A DNA stretch of 64,000 bases, from assembly GCA_017654855.1 (NCBI GenBank), contig CM030332.1, forward strand, positions 4,092,001-4,156,000, written 5' to 3'. Shown here one piece after another: positions 36,001 to 47,969 of the stretch. Source of the DNA: Podospora anserina (taxonomy: Eukaryota). A model generated the notes under the pieces. That model had not been told where the DNA came from, did not search any database, and worked only from the letters and a program-made list of their open reading frames with translations. The position numbers and the translations under genes are program-made. The stretch's first letter is position 1. Every line of letters begins with the position of its first letter.

Positions 36001-39000
36001 TCCCAGCCAGACTATTAATCACCACATCCACCCCTTTTCCTTCCGTCGCCTCCATCACCCCCCTCACAAAAGAATCATCCCTCGAATTAAACACCTCCCC
36101 CTCCCCCATCCCATACCTTTCCCTCATCAACCCCCTCTTCCCCTCCGAACAAGTAACCAGCACCCTCGCCCCGATATTTTTCGCCATCTGAATCGCCACC
36201 TGCCCAACCCCCCCAGCAGCACTGTGTATCAGAACCGTTTCTCCCCTTTGCAACCGTCCAACCGTGAAAAGCGAATAAAACGCCGTCGTCATCGTAACGG
36301 GCAGACTCGCCCCCAAAGAAAATGACATTGTGTCAGGTATCTTCACGCACATATCACCATCCTGACGAACAAAAGTCTGATGTGCCCCCTGGCCAGGACG
36401 GTAAGCTACCACCCGGTCCCCAGGGGAAAGGTTAGTAACGGAGGCGCCAACGGCGGTGATGACACCCGCGCATTCGTTGCCCATGTTGTAGTCTTGGATT
36501 ATCCCCAACGCTACAGCCAGGTCGTGGAAGTTGAGGGCGGAGGCTTTGACACGAATGAGGACTTGTTTATCACCAAGGGCGGTGTTGTCTTGGGGGAGGG
36601 GGACGAAGTGGAGGGTTTCGAGGAGGCCGATTTTGCCTACTCGGAGGGCGAGGGAGGGGTGGGAATTGTAAGGTGAGGGTTGGGGGAGGCTGCCGAGGCC
36701 GGAGGGGAGTTTACGGTTGAGGGGGAGGTCTTCTTCTATGCGGGGGATGTGGAGGGTTGTGTGGTGGAGGGAGAAGTCCTCTTCTGAGGCGGTTGACAGG
36801 CAGGGGAGGATCTGTTTTGTGATGAGAGCGGGGGAGGTGGAGGGTTGGATGTCGAGGGAGAGGAGGCGAGAGGCTTGGTTTTCGTTGCGGGCCACGCGGA
36901 GGAGGCCGAGGATTTTGGCGTGAGAGGGGTTGGTGGATTGGATTGTTGCGTCGAGGGTGAGCCAGAGGAGGGTGATGTTTTCAAGGGTGAGGAGGTGGCG
37001 GGTGCCGAACCATTCTGAGGGGGGGTCGATGGGGTTTGGGTGGTTGTAAAGGCTGCTTAGGACTACGACGTGCTTGGGGGCGAGATTATGAGCGGTGACT
37101 TCGTTTATGGTGGTGGTGGTAACTGAGGCGATGTAGGGGGATGCCTCGAGTTCTTCCAGGATGGCTCGTGTTGTTTCCGAGGAAACAGTTGGTAGGACCA
37201 CTGTCAAGTCAATCTGAGCTGTGGAGACGTTGGTTGCTGGGCGATAAGCGGTCCATTCGGAAACGGTTGCAACCGGTGTCCATTCCGTAAGAGACTCGCT
37301 GGTGACAACCACAGCATTGCTGGCAAGTGATGTTTGCAGTGCCTCAGGAGAAAGCTCAGCGTCCTTCCCCACGATAACGAGATCATACCGGCCTTCTGGC
37401 CTACCCAACACATCAAACCTTTCCGGCCACTGAGTTTCCTCGCTCAGAATATGCAGAGTCTCATACAGCGGTCGGCCCGTGACTGGCACTGCCAAATGAG
37501 CCAGCAGAGCTTCAGCCTCAGAGTATTTCATAGCCAGCAAAATCCTCGAAGTAGGATGCTGAAAGGTATACAACCTCACCAGCCCCCAACTCCCCCCTCA
37601 ACCTCGGCCCCCTCCAACAAATCAAAACAAGACTGCCACCTCTGCCGGAAAAACAACGCCCTCCCCTGCATCTCCTCCACCCCCTCCACTTTTGTCAACG
37701 ACCTCAACCCCCTCGGCTCGCCATACTCAACCCAAATCCTCCCATGGCAATGCCTCGTCTCCAGACCCTCCTCAAAACTCGAAACCTCAAACTCGAACCA
37801 CTCCTCCGAAAACGTCCTCGCCGACTCCGCCACAGGCCTCAGTTCCAACACCGTCTCCGCCCCCTCGTCATGGTCTTCCCTCAGAGTAAGCGGGGCTTTT
37901 ATCAAGACCTCCTTCAGATGCACCGCGGCAATGCTTTCGTTCCTACGGTCCCCAAGTCTGACTGCCGCTTCAATAGCCATACAGCAATAACCCGCCGCGG
38001 GGAAAACCACCTTCCCATCTACACAATGATCTCTCAACCAAGCGATCTCACGCAACCGGATGTAATTCCTCCACCTTGGGATGTGATGAACCCCCCCCGG
38101 AACGGGAACTCCAAGAAGTGTGTGTCGTGTTTCGCGGTGGAGGTGCTCAGTGGTGAGGCGGTTCAAAGACCAGTAGTTCTTGTGGTTCCACGCGTGAGTT
38201 GGTAGATCCACGAGGCGGTTGCCAGGGCCGTTGATGACTGGTAAATCAACGGGGTATCCGAGAGTAAAAAGCTCTCCTGCTGTGCTAAGAAGGGACTCAT
38301 ATGCCGAGCGGTCACGAGAGAGTGTGCCGAGGTAAGGGGTCTTGTCTAGCTCGAGTAGTTTGAGGACTTCTTTAGCGGGAGCTTTGAGGGCTGGGTGAGG
38401 GCCAATTTCAAGAAGGATATCCACTGTTGGTTTCTCCTCCTCATCCAGAACCGCTCCAGTGAGAGCGTCAGAGAACCGAACTGGTTGGACCATGTTTGCT
38501 GCCCAGTACCCCGGCCCGAGCGACCCGGAGTCGGAGACGACACGGGCAGTGACACTAGAGAACATCCTAGCGGTAGGCTTCTGCGAACAAACAACCAACT
38601 CCCTCCCTTCCAGCGCGGCCTGATACCGCGGAGCCATGGGAGCCATATGGTGCGAGTGAAAAGCTTGCTCGACTTTCAACTTCCGGGCAAACGCCTTCCG
38701 AGCAAGCAACTTCTCCTTCAACTCCGTGACTGTGTCCAAGTCTCCCGAGACCGTCACGCTAGAAGGGCTGTTGATAGCCGCGATAGTGAGCCGGTCTGCA
38801 TACGCCCCCAACTCAACCTTTAGCTCAGCTGCTGACAGTCCCACCGCCATCATCGCCCCTGGGATGCAGTCTGCTGCTTCAAGGCCAGCAGACATGTACA
38901 ACCCACGGTAGTACGCCGTGACAATCGCCCCCTCAAGCGACAAAACACCCGCCGCATACGCAGTTGCTATCTCACCAGACGAATGCCCACACACCGCCGA

Positions 39001-40975
39001 CGGCTTCACTCCCCAATCAGACAACAAGTCAACAACTGCAACCTGAACAGCCGTGCACACCGGCTGCGAGAACCTGCTTTTAGAAAGCCGCGACCCCTCC
39101 TCATCACGAAGGAGCTCATCAACAATCCTCCAGTCAGGTTATCAGGCAACGTCTGTAAAGCCTCATCGCAACGCTCCAGTGTTGCCCGGAACGCTTCAGA
39201 GTGAAGTATCAACTCCCGGCCCATGTCATATGTCTGGGCACCCTGGCCCGTAAAGACATACCCTACTCGAATAGGCTGTTCACTGTCGAGAGGTTGAGTC
39301 CATTTAGCGCTTGATGCCCCGGATGAAAGGGCGTCGGCTAGCTCTTCAACACCAGCCCCCTGTGACAGGACAGCAAAGGTCCTGTTGCTGTGCACTGAGC
39401 GGCGTGTAGAGAAGCTGTGGGCTAGATCACGGATAAGCGTCTGCTGATCACCCCCCTTCTTGCTGCTGAGGTAACTGGCGAGGTTGCTGATCGCTTTCTC
39501 GCCGGCTACCTCCGAGTGTGAGGTGAGCGGAAGCAGGTACGGCCGCGTCTTGGCGTTGTCAACACCATTGACTATGACAGTTGGGGAGTCAAGAGGTTGT
39601 TCAAGAACAACATGGACATTCGCACCGCCATACCCAAAAGAGTTGATGCTTGCCCGGCGCGGCTTTCCATCTGACTCGACCCAGTCCAGGGCAGAAGTGG
39701 GAACCTTGAGTTTCCACTCGTCAAAGAGTATCTCCGGGTTAGGCTTGTGGAAATGCATATTGGGCGGGATCTTGCCATTCTGAATAGCCAACGTCGCCTT
39801 GATAATACCCGCAAGACCAGCCGCGCCTTCCAAATGTCCAATATTGGATTTGACACTGTCCATATAAAGCGGTCTCGTGCGGGTAGACGTGCCAAAGACT
39901 TTACCGATAGCAGCAGCTTCACGAGGATCGCCCGCCTTGGTCCCCGTTCCATGAGCCTAAGGTATGTATATCTGTAAGCTCCCATCCAAACCACACACCA
40001 CCAACAAGTCAAACTCACCTCAAAATACCCCGTATCATCCGGATCAATCCCCGCCCTCCCATACGTCTCCCTAATCAACCCCTCCTGCAACTCCGCCGAC
40101 GGCAGCGTAATCCCATCCGTCTTCCCGTCATGATTAACCCCACTCCCCCTCACAACAGCCCTCACCCAATCCCCATCCCCAACCGCCTCCTCCCTCCTCT
40201 TCAGCACCACCGCACAAACCCTATCACACCTCACATACCCCTCCCCATCCCTATCAAAACTCCTACACCTCCCATCAGAACTAAGAAACCCCATATCAGT
40301 CATAGTCTGATACGTATTCGGCCCAAAATGCAGTGCCGACCCAACAACAACAGCCATATCCGCCTCCCCACTACGAAGGGACTCACACACCCGAGATGAA
40401 ACGCCGTCAGACTGGACGAACACCCCGTGTCAACCGTCATGCTCGGCCCGTACAGATTATACATGTACGAAATCCTATTACTAAGAATGGAATTCCCCCT
40501 CCCAGTGATGGCGTACCTTGGGGTAGTACTCCAAGTCCTTGTTCTGAAGGTTGTGGTAACCATTGGAAGTGGTGTACATCCCACAGTAAACCGACGTGCG
40601 CGAACCCCTGACAGAAGCAAGGGGGATTCCCCGGTCTTCGAGGGCTTCGTAGGTTACTTCCAGGAGGAGACGCTGCTGGGGGTCCATCGCCTCGGCTTCT
40701 TTGCCCGAGACGCCAAAGAACTCGGCGTCAAAGTCGGCGAGGGGCTGGTCGAGAAAGTAGCCGTGCTTGGTGTTGAGCGTGCCTTTGTGGGTGTGGTCTG
40801 GGTGGTAGAAGGCGTCGATGTTGAATCGGTCGGGGGGCATCTTGCGCTGGAGGTCGATCTGGCTGAGGATGTTGTCCCAGAGACGGGCTGGGTTGATGGC
40901 TCCGGGCACCCGGCAGGCCATGCCGATGATGGCTGGGGGGTTGGGGTGTTTGTCTCTGCTGGTGGAGCTTGCCAT
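33063..40975 (-). pseudogene. Disrupted highly reducing polyketide synthase with terminal condensation domain (KS-AT-DH(partial)-psiMT-ER-KR-ACP-C)
   Basis: [90 protein letters not shown] and YVAAN; ACP GLDSI; C domain HHICFD. Frame breaks near 40517, 40386, 39140, 37590 and 35637; intron 40018-39957. Confidence 0.9.
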
Positions 40976-42288
40976 TGTGTCTCGAGTCCTGGCGGTGTTT
41001 GGGATTTGATAGAATGAGGTGATAGCCAGGTTGTTGAAGGGTCTATGAAGACACGACTATAAGCCTCTACAACAAGCAGGTTAGAAACGAGAGCTTTCTG
41101 AAGAGTGAGAACCAATGGCTTTTTAAACTTACCAGGTAGGTAGGTAGGTTAGACCCTCACCCGCCGGTGAGGTGACCCGCGTCTATCGGCCCGCACGTCG
41201 TGTCTAGGTTGTCCTACACATTCATGCCGATCCCCGTCTTTGATCCTGTATATCAACAGCAGAACTTCCGTCTCACACATCAGGTTGTACTACCACTTGC
41301 TCGTCAACCTCGCCATCTGCCCACAACAACTCATCTGATACCCCTCATCCTCCTTCCTACCCAAGACACCTCACCCATGGTCCCCAATAACAACCCCCTG
41401 ACGCCATCACGAAGTCGCCCCCCCTACCGAAAGCCGCATCTCCGGATCTCCCCTTCAAGCACCAAGACGCGCGTTCCCTTCCCCTCCACACTCGGTAGCT
41501 TGACCTCTTCCAGACAAACTACTGCGCGGTAATATACTCATGTGTTGATAAACTTGATAGTCGTCCACCTCTCGGAAAGGCAACAATACCGCTGTCGAGT
41601 GTCTTTGCGTGTGATCGAGACGAAACAATAGTAATCATAACTTGGGAGGGTGGTATAGTAGTGAGACAGTAGTTTCATTTCTTATATGCAGGTCCTCTGT
41701 AAGCCGATGCCCCCGCCCTTTGTAAGCGGCAGAAAAATAGAGAGAAAAGAGAAGGAGCTAGTGGGTTGAGATGGCATGGTCCAAACTAAGGTTCTTGCTG
41801 AGGTTAGAAGAGTAAAACGAAACGGCCCAGGAAGTCGCCAAGTTGATACGACCTCTGGTTTGAGAAAAACAAAACGTAAAAAGGCATGTCGGTCGTCGTT
41901 GAGGTTAGCATTGCCATCGTGTATACAGTCGGCATCTCAGTAAGCGTTGCAACGTGGGTAAGGCATGTGTCATGTGCAGAAAATGTGAATATCAAATTTG
42001 TTTATTTCAAAACTCCTAGCTGTTTCCTTTGCCAGGTAGTCAAATCAAAATGCTATTAAAAGATAATACCAGCAAACACGTGTAAGCAACGTCGCCGTAG
42101 CGTATCAAAGAAAACGCCATGTGATCCAAGACAAATGAAAACCCCGCGTCCCCATACTCATCGTTGTTATCGTAACCGCGCATTCATGTGTGTATAATGC
42201 CGCTTATCAAAGATCATCGACGGCATAAAACTTCATTAGATGTCCTGTCATCCATCATCCATCTGTCACTCGTGACTGTGGAAAAGTC

Positions 42289-43716
42289 CTAGGCAGTCAC
42301 ACTGCTTCCCATCGAGCCCCATCGGAACCTCCTCAGCGTTCCACCGGATGTGGACTTGACCAGCTCGCGCCCACAGCTCGCAGAGGTGTTTGACGCCGAA
42401 CCAGCAGCGCTAAAGGAACCCAGCGCACTCCCCTCTTGCCGACCTACCTCGCGCCCAATGACATAGCCTGCCCCAAACCCTACCACGGAAACCAATACCA
42501 CCACACCAGCGCTCACCACCCAAGTCATGAGCGTCGGGCTGAGGAAGGTTGCTGTCTCCCCTTCGGCGAATCCAGGTGAGCTGGTCTTTTTCTTCTTGAC
42601 AGCCCGTGAGGATTTCGTCTGGTTGGTTGCGCCACGCTTGTGCTTCTCTGCCGAATCCTGTTGCTCCTCCTTTCCTCTGCTCGACGTGGAGCACGGGACA
42701 CTGGGAGCACTGGAGTTGGATGCGGTTCGAAGTGGAGCCTTGGGCGGCCCGCCGGATCCGCCAACGGAGGGCGGAGGTGGGCCTTCGGCCAGGAGCTCCG
42801 ATTCGGGAACGAGCCTCAGCTCCATCGGTTGCGAGCTTGGCAGGATACCAACCCCTGCACCGAGTCCACCCATGCCGGCATTTGAGGGTCCGGCTCCACG
42901 TCTCTCATCGGCCTTTCCTAGACCACGAGCAGCCTGAGCACACGACAGCAGAGTCGTGAGTGAAGCACGAAGCGCGGCGTCGTGATCGGCTTGGTAGGCA
43001 GGTGACATGAAATTCGGGTGGCCGCGATGCGTACGGGTGTGTGAGCGGTGAGGCATGGGAGGCCGTGATTGGGGTGGGTGGTGAGGAGGTACTGAGCTGG
43101 TTGAGTGGCGGTGGGTTAGGTGTGATGGCGGGTGCGAGAAGGCATTTGGCTGTGGCCTGAATGCGGGCGCATCTGACGGGCGACCAAGGGCGGTCGCATT
43201 CTCGTCGTCGTCACTATCAGTATCGATATCTATGGCCCGGCGGACAGTAGTCTGGTAACGCAGCAGATTCGCCGAGGGATGCACTGCCTCGTTTGAGCTC
43301 GTCATAACTCTATCCTCTTCACTCTCCGTCTCGTCATATTCTTCCTGGCTGCTGGTAGCGCCGCCACGACTGGAGGGATGTCCGATAACGAAAGATGCGG
43401 GCATTGGCCGGTGCTGTTGCGACCTCCTCCGCCTGGGCGGGTACGAGTTGGTGCCGACCCTGAGGCCCGTAGTTACGATTTCATCTCCGATAGATGACAA
43501 GGACGAAGACGACGGCTGCGAGGCTACTTCTACCCACGACTCTGCATGTTCAAAAGTTAGTTTATTGGCGAGATGGATATCACTCTCGATGCAGTACTGA
43601 CCATCATATCGGCGACGCGGCGATGTCCCGTCAGATCGCCCCGTGGCCCCCGCGCTCTCCGGAGCATCGCCATACAGCCCTCCCGGCCCGGCGCCTTGAG
43701 AATCGTAGGGCCCCAT
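42289..43716 (-). CDS. Uncharacterised disordered protein with a C-terminal membrane anchor and N-terminal LIR/AIM-like motif
   Basis: 475-codon ORF containing a probable in-frame 60-nt intron (43601-43542; GTCAGT...CTAAC...CAG). Single hydrophobic segment WVVSAGVVVLVSVVGFGAGYVIG near the C-terminus. Confidence 0.85.
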   Translation of the reverse strand: MGPYDSQGAGPGGLYGDAPESAGATGRSDGTSPRRRYDGQYCIESDIHLANKLTFEHAESWVEVASQPSSSSLSSIGDEIVTTGLRVGTNSYPPRRRRSQQHRPMPASFVIGHPSSRGGATSSQEEYDETESEEDRVMTSSNEAVHPSANLLRYQTTVRRAIDIDTDSDDDENATALGRPSDAPAFRPQPNAFSHPPSHLTHRHSTSSVPPHHPPQSRPPMPHRSHTRTHRGHPNFMSPAYQADHDAALRASLTTLLSCAQAARGLGKADERRGAGPSNAGMGGLGAGVGILPSSQPMELRLVPESELLAEGPPPPSVGGSGGPPKAPLRTASNSSAPSVPCSTSSRGKEEQQDSAEKHKRGATNQTKSSRAVKKKKTSSPGFAEGETATFLSPTLMTWVVSAGVVVLVSVVGFGAGYVIGREVGRQEGSALGSFSAAGSASNTSASCGRELVKSTSGGTLRRFRWGSMGSSVTA

Positions 43717-46700
43717 CGTAAACGCAAGCTGTTTATTGGATGGACAACAGGTCTTTCAAATGCTTGGTGATTTGTTGTCAAGTTGTAGCCCCGTGTTTGT
43801 TGGTTTACGGCGCGCTCCGGTTTGGTGATAGCTGTCCCCCTTGGCTGGTCCCCGCCCGGGCAAAGTGGAGCCGTGAACAAGGAGACAACCTGTCTGACAG
43901 GATGGTTCGATGAACAAACGAACAGTGCGGGGAATGGGTTGACGTTGACGTTGACGTGCGACGCCGGGAGCCAGGTATCGTGGATGAGTACTCTGTTGGT
44001 GAAGCGAGGTTGAATTCCTGATAGTCGATAGGTTCGTTGAGGCTTTGTCGTTCTTTGTCCCTCCAGCCTCGATGGGCGAGTGAGCATGCGCCGGGCTGGT
44101 TGAAGCTTGGCAGAACGGACGGGAGCGTGCCAGTGGCCGCCGTGAGGGCGTGGGTTGGGGCTGGCAGGTCGGCGTGACCAGACTAGCTTGTTTGGGGAAA
44201 AGTGGAGAGGTCATCCTGGGCCATCCTGCAAGCTCATTCGCTGCTCACCAGCTCAACCATCCCCACTTGCTTGTCTGCTGGACAGGGTACGCTTCTGTCC
44301 AATGACGCGATGGTTTGCTGATTAGCAGGGGTAACGCGGCAAGAGGTGCGATAACGATAAGATGCCAGAGGTCTGAGACGATTTACTGCGTAGAGATGCA
44401 ACCTGGGATGCTTACCAGCTGCGTGAGGTCGCAATAACAAAAGGTTTAAGATCAGTAGATGGACTGATAGTGGCATACATACATCATTCCAGAATTGCCA
44501 TCAGTTAGAAGTCCGAAGAAATGTGATTCAGGCGCAAGACGTCATCATCTAGGCAACTTCTCGTTACCGGACGGCTCTCGCCCAGTGCCGGGCCGGGTGA
44601 ATGAAAGGCGGAAAAGGCCATGTCACGTCGATGAAGATTCTTGCCTGATAATAAGCGCAAGGATGGCGTCCTCAGGCATCATGAAATGTACAGCATTATG
44701 AACATCCCTCAGTCGCCAGAACAGACACGTGCCTGGGTCAGCACCAAGTCGAAACACCTCTGCCGTGCTTCTCCTTTAGGAAATTGTGTGCTCACCTACT
44801 TTCCTTCTGAGAGATCTGGATGCCACACACTTGGATAATCCTTACGATCGATTTGCTGCCCTATGCGACAGTTGAGCCTCCCTCAAGCAGTCATCACGAT
44901 GAACACAAGATGACTGGAAACAAACTGCGGGGGGAACACCTGCTCGACAGCAGCCCCGCTCCGGCTCCGCAACCATGAACGAGAGGTTTTCTTTCTTTTT
45001 CCTTTCAGCCCAGACGACACACACTTGCACGTATTCGGACACAGAGCAAATAAGTGGTTTGTCTGGGTTCCTCGGATGAAGACATGGTGATGTGATAGAG
45101 GGGGTGATGTCTCGGATAGCTGAGGTTGTCATGGAAGTTGGTCTGACTCCCGACTGTCTCTCTACAGCACAGCACAGCTGCAGAAGCATCTGCAGCCTCC
45201 TGCAGAGACCTGTCCCAATGGTCGGCGATGTTTGGTTTCTAGGTGGTCCTTCAACCACGACTACCACGGCAGCTTGTACAGGCCAAATCCATGATGGATC
45301 GGTGTGGCTTACGTGCTTCGAAAGCTGGATGGCTCACAGGATGGTTTGAAGGCAACCTCAAGATCGGACACCCCACGGCGATATTTGTCACGGACAACAC
45401 TAGCCAATGTGAGAAGGTCAGTCTCTCGGCCCGCCGGTTGACGTGGCAATAATTGCTGACGATATTTGATGTTACAGACACTACGGGACGCTGGACAAGA
45501 ACGCGGGGGACAACCCAACCGGTTGGTCATCTGAATTGGTGTTGCAAAATGCAGCATCCCAATGAGGTGGCAGGCAAACCCGTGCTCGATGGCTTCTCGG
45601 CAGTCGATTCTCGAGAGACTGGGGAAGTCGGGCGGTCATTCATCGGAGCCCGACTTGACCAGCCTAGAAGAGCCTCATGCCTCTAGTTGTGTAACATCGA
45701 GTGTGCATGAGAATTCAGGCGAGAGATTGTCCGACTCTGTGAACAGCTGCAGATGTGTCGCGTGAGAATTGAAAGCACTCGGCAAACTCACCGGTGAATA
45801 TGTTCTGAGTCGAGGTGGAAGGGGTATTCCGAACGGCGGTGTTTCATCCTGATATCTTCTGGCACGCCAGCTCGAGAAGCTTCGATGTCAATCCAAATCG
45901 AGAACCAGCAACACCATAGATTTTTGAGATAATTTGTGGCAACTAAGAGTAAAATGGAGCTATATTGGTGTAAGTGAAGGGTTGTCGTTGATTTAAGCTC
46001 CCTGACGAAAGAGCCCCAGCGTGTGGAAACTATCTCGAAGAGGGAATTGTAAATTCAGAAGACCCGTATTGCCAGCACAGCCTCCGAGCATATGCGCACA
46101 TAGCCAGGGGTAATTTGATATAAAAACGCTCACCTGCACGCCGCTCGGTCTACAGAAACACTTGCCTTCATAAAACACTTCGCAACAACGAAAAAAACGG
46201 TCAGTTTCAAGGTGTAAAGAAGAAGAACTCGTCTCAGTCGCCAACATGCTCTACAGACGACATTATTTCCAGCAGGACGTGAGTAAGCATTGGTCCGTCC
46301 TCGACCGGCGAGAGGCTTGGCAGCCACCTGCCTCTTCGACTGCCCTCCACTCCCCTACTTCCCATAAAGCACCTACCCTCCATCAAGACAAGGGTACAAA
46401 CTGATGTCTCCAGCCCTGCCAGGCAGTTTTCGATACATACATTGCCTTGCTTACCTCAGACAATCCAAGGCTGGCTTTCCACCTAGAGCCCTAATATTTC
46501 ATGTCCTTGTTTACTGTGGAATGAAGATCACTCGTATTTGCTCGCGAAATATTCAGTCAAAAGAACCAACAGTGCTGCAAACTCGGAACGCCGGCTGGGG
46601 ATGCTGGGTCCACCCGTGGAGAAGCCAGGGCGGGTGTGCGCTGCTTGCATGCTGCACCTACACTACCTACATGCATGACAGCCATCAGCAAGAAAGAACG

Positions 46701-47231
46701 AAGAAACGAGGAGCCAGAAAGAGGTGGGCGACAGGAAAGACTCCCAAAATTGAGGCTCAAAAAAGATACAAAGCAACGGAACAGCTGGCGAGCCCCTCTC
46801 TGGATCGATTTGCTTCTGGCCCCCTCCTTCCATGCTCCCCTCCCATGCTCGCCCCCTCCGGGATCCAAGAAAGTCGGGATATGCCACACCCTGCAAGCAT
46901 GAGCGCACTTCTATGCAACAACACCAAATCCTGCCAATAAACGGACTAGTCGATCTGCAATATGCTCCTGGGTCGATCCGCTCATGTGAACCATGTTCAG
47001 CGAGTGGGGTGATGGACAGCATCAAGATACGTATTTGCGGCTCAAAATTGGGCTTCCACGGGTATAAAGATGGCATCTGGAGACCGTGAACGAGAGAGTG
47101 AATTCATCCGGAATCACACAACATCTCAGCTTCCCAAGTCTACCCAAAGTCCACCTCGTTTACCTACGCACACTCAGCCCAATTCATCCACTCAACCATT
47201 TCACATCACCACCACCCCACCACTCTACAAG

Positions 47232-47360
47232 ATGGCTTACAACACCATGACCCAACAATCTTGCTCAGACCTGGTGAACCATCATGAGCAAGAACCCTTC
47301 TATGAAGTGAAGAAAGGCACAACCTCCTCCTCCTCCAACAGCTCCGGAAGTAGCGAGTGA
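47232..47360 (+). CDS. Possible 42-aa microprotein
   Basis: TATAAA at ~47063, C/A-rich leader, CAAG-ATG-G start context; no recognisable homology. Confidence 0.3.
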   Translation: MAYNTMTQQSCSDLVNHHEQEPFYEVKKGTTSSSSNSSGSSE

Positions 47361-47602
47361 ACGGGGTTTCTTGACGAGAGGCTCACCCAGCCAAAATGTA
47401 GGCACCTGCTGCTCTCCTTTTCCATGAAAATTCAGTCTGTAACGAGAACATAACCCTGCTCACCCACATGACCCTTGCTCACCACTCTACTACGACCCAC
47501 AGGTTCCCAACAAAGCCATATCATGCCCCATACGTTACAAGTTACAACCACCTACACATAACTATACACACCCACTACCCCACAATCGACCACAAACACG
47601 AT

Positions 47603-47688
47603 ACAACCACTCTCACAAACAACCACTCTCACACAACCACTCCCACACAACCACTCCCACACAACCACTCCCACACAACCACTCTCAC
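47603..47688. repeat. Minisatellite, 6 copies of 14-bp ACAACCACTCYCAC
   Basis: Copies start at 47603, 47619, 47633, 47647, 47661 and 47675. Confidence 0.92.
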
Positions 47689-47947
47689 ACGTCCCCGCCC
47701 TCCTTCATATCGAACCCAACACCACCACCACCAACACCAGTCGCTACCATGATACCCCATTTTCGATTTTCAACCGGTTTTTCCCCCCCAAACAATCTCA
47801 TTATCCGGTGTAGGCGCCATTTTCTTTTCTCGAATTATCGAAAACCAGTCTCTACCCACCCATCTCACATATTTTGCTTTTGCTTTCCCACGGAATGGCT
47901 TATGTTATGTATACCCCCAAAGTAGGAAGTTCCACAGTCTTCTTATG

Positions 47948-47969
47948 CACACACACACACACACACACA
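47948..47969. repeat. (CA)11 microsatellite
   Basis: Read directly from the sequence. Confidence 0.9.

Noticed and set aside
47603-47688. Repeat array considered as CRISPR-like or telomeric
   Set aside because: No unique spacers, eukaryotic context, and the unit is not TTAGGG.
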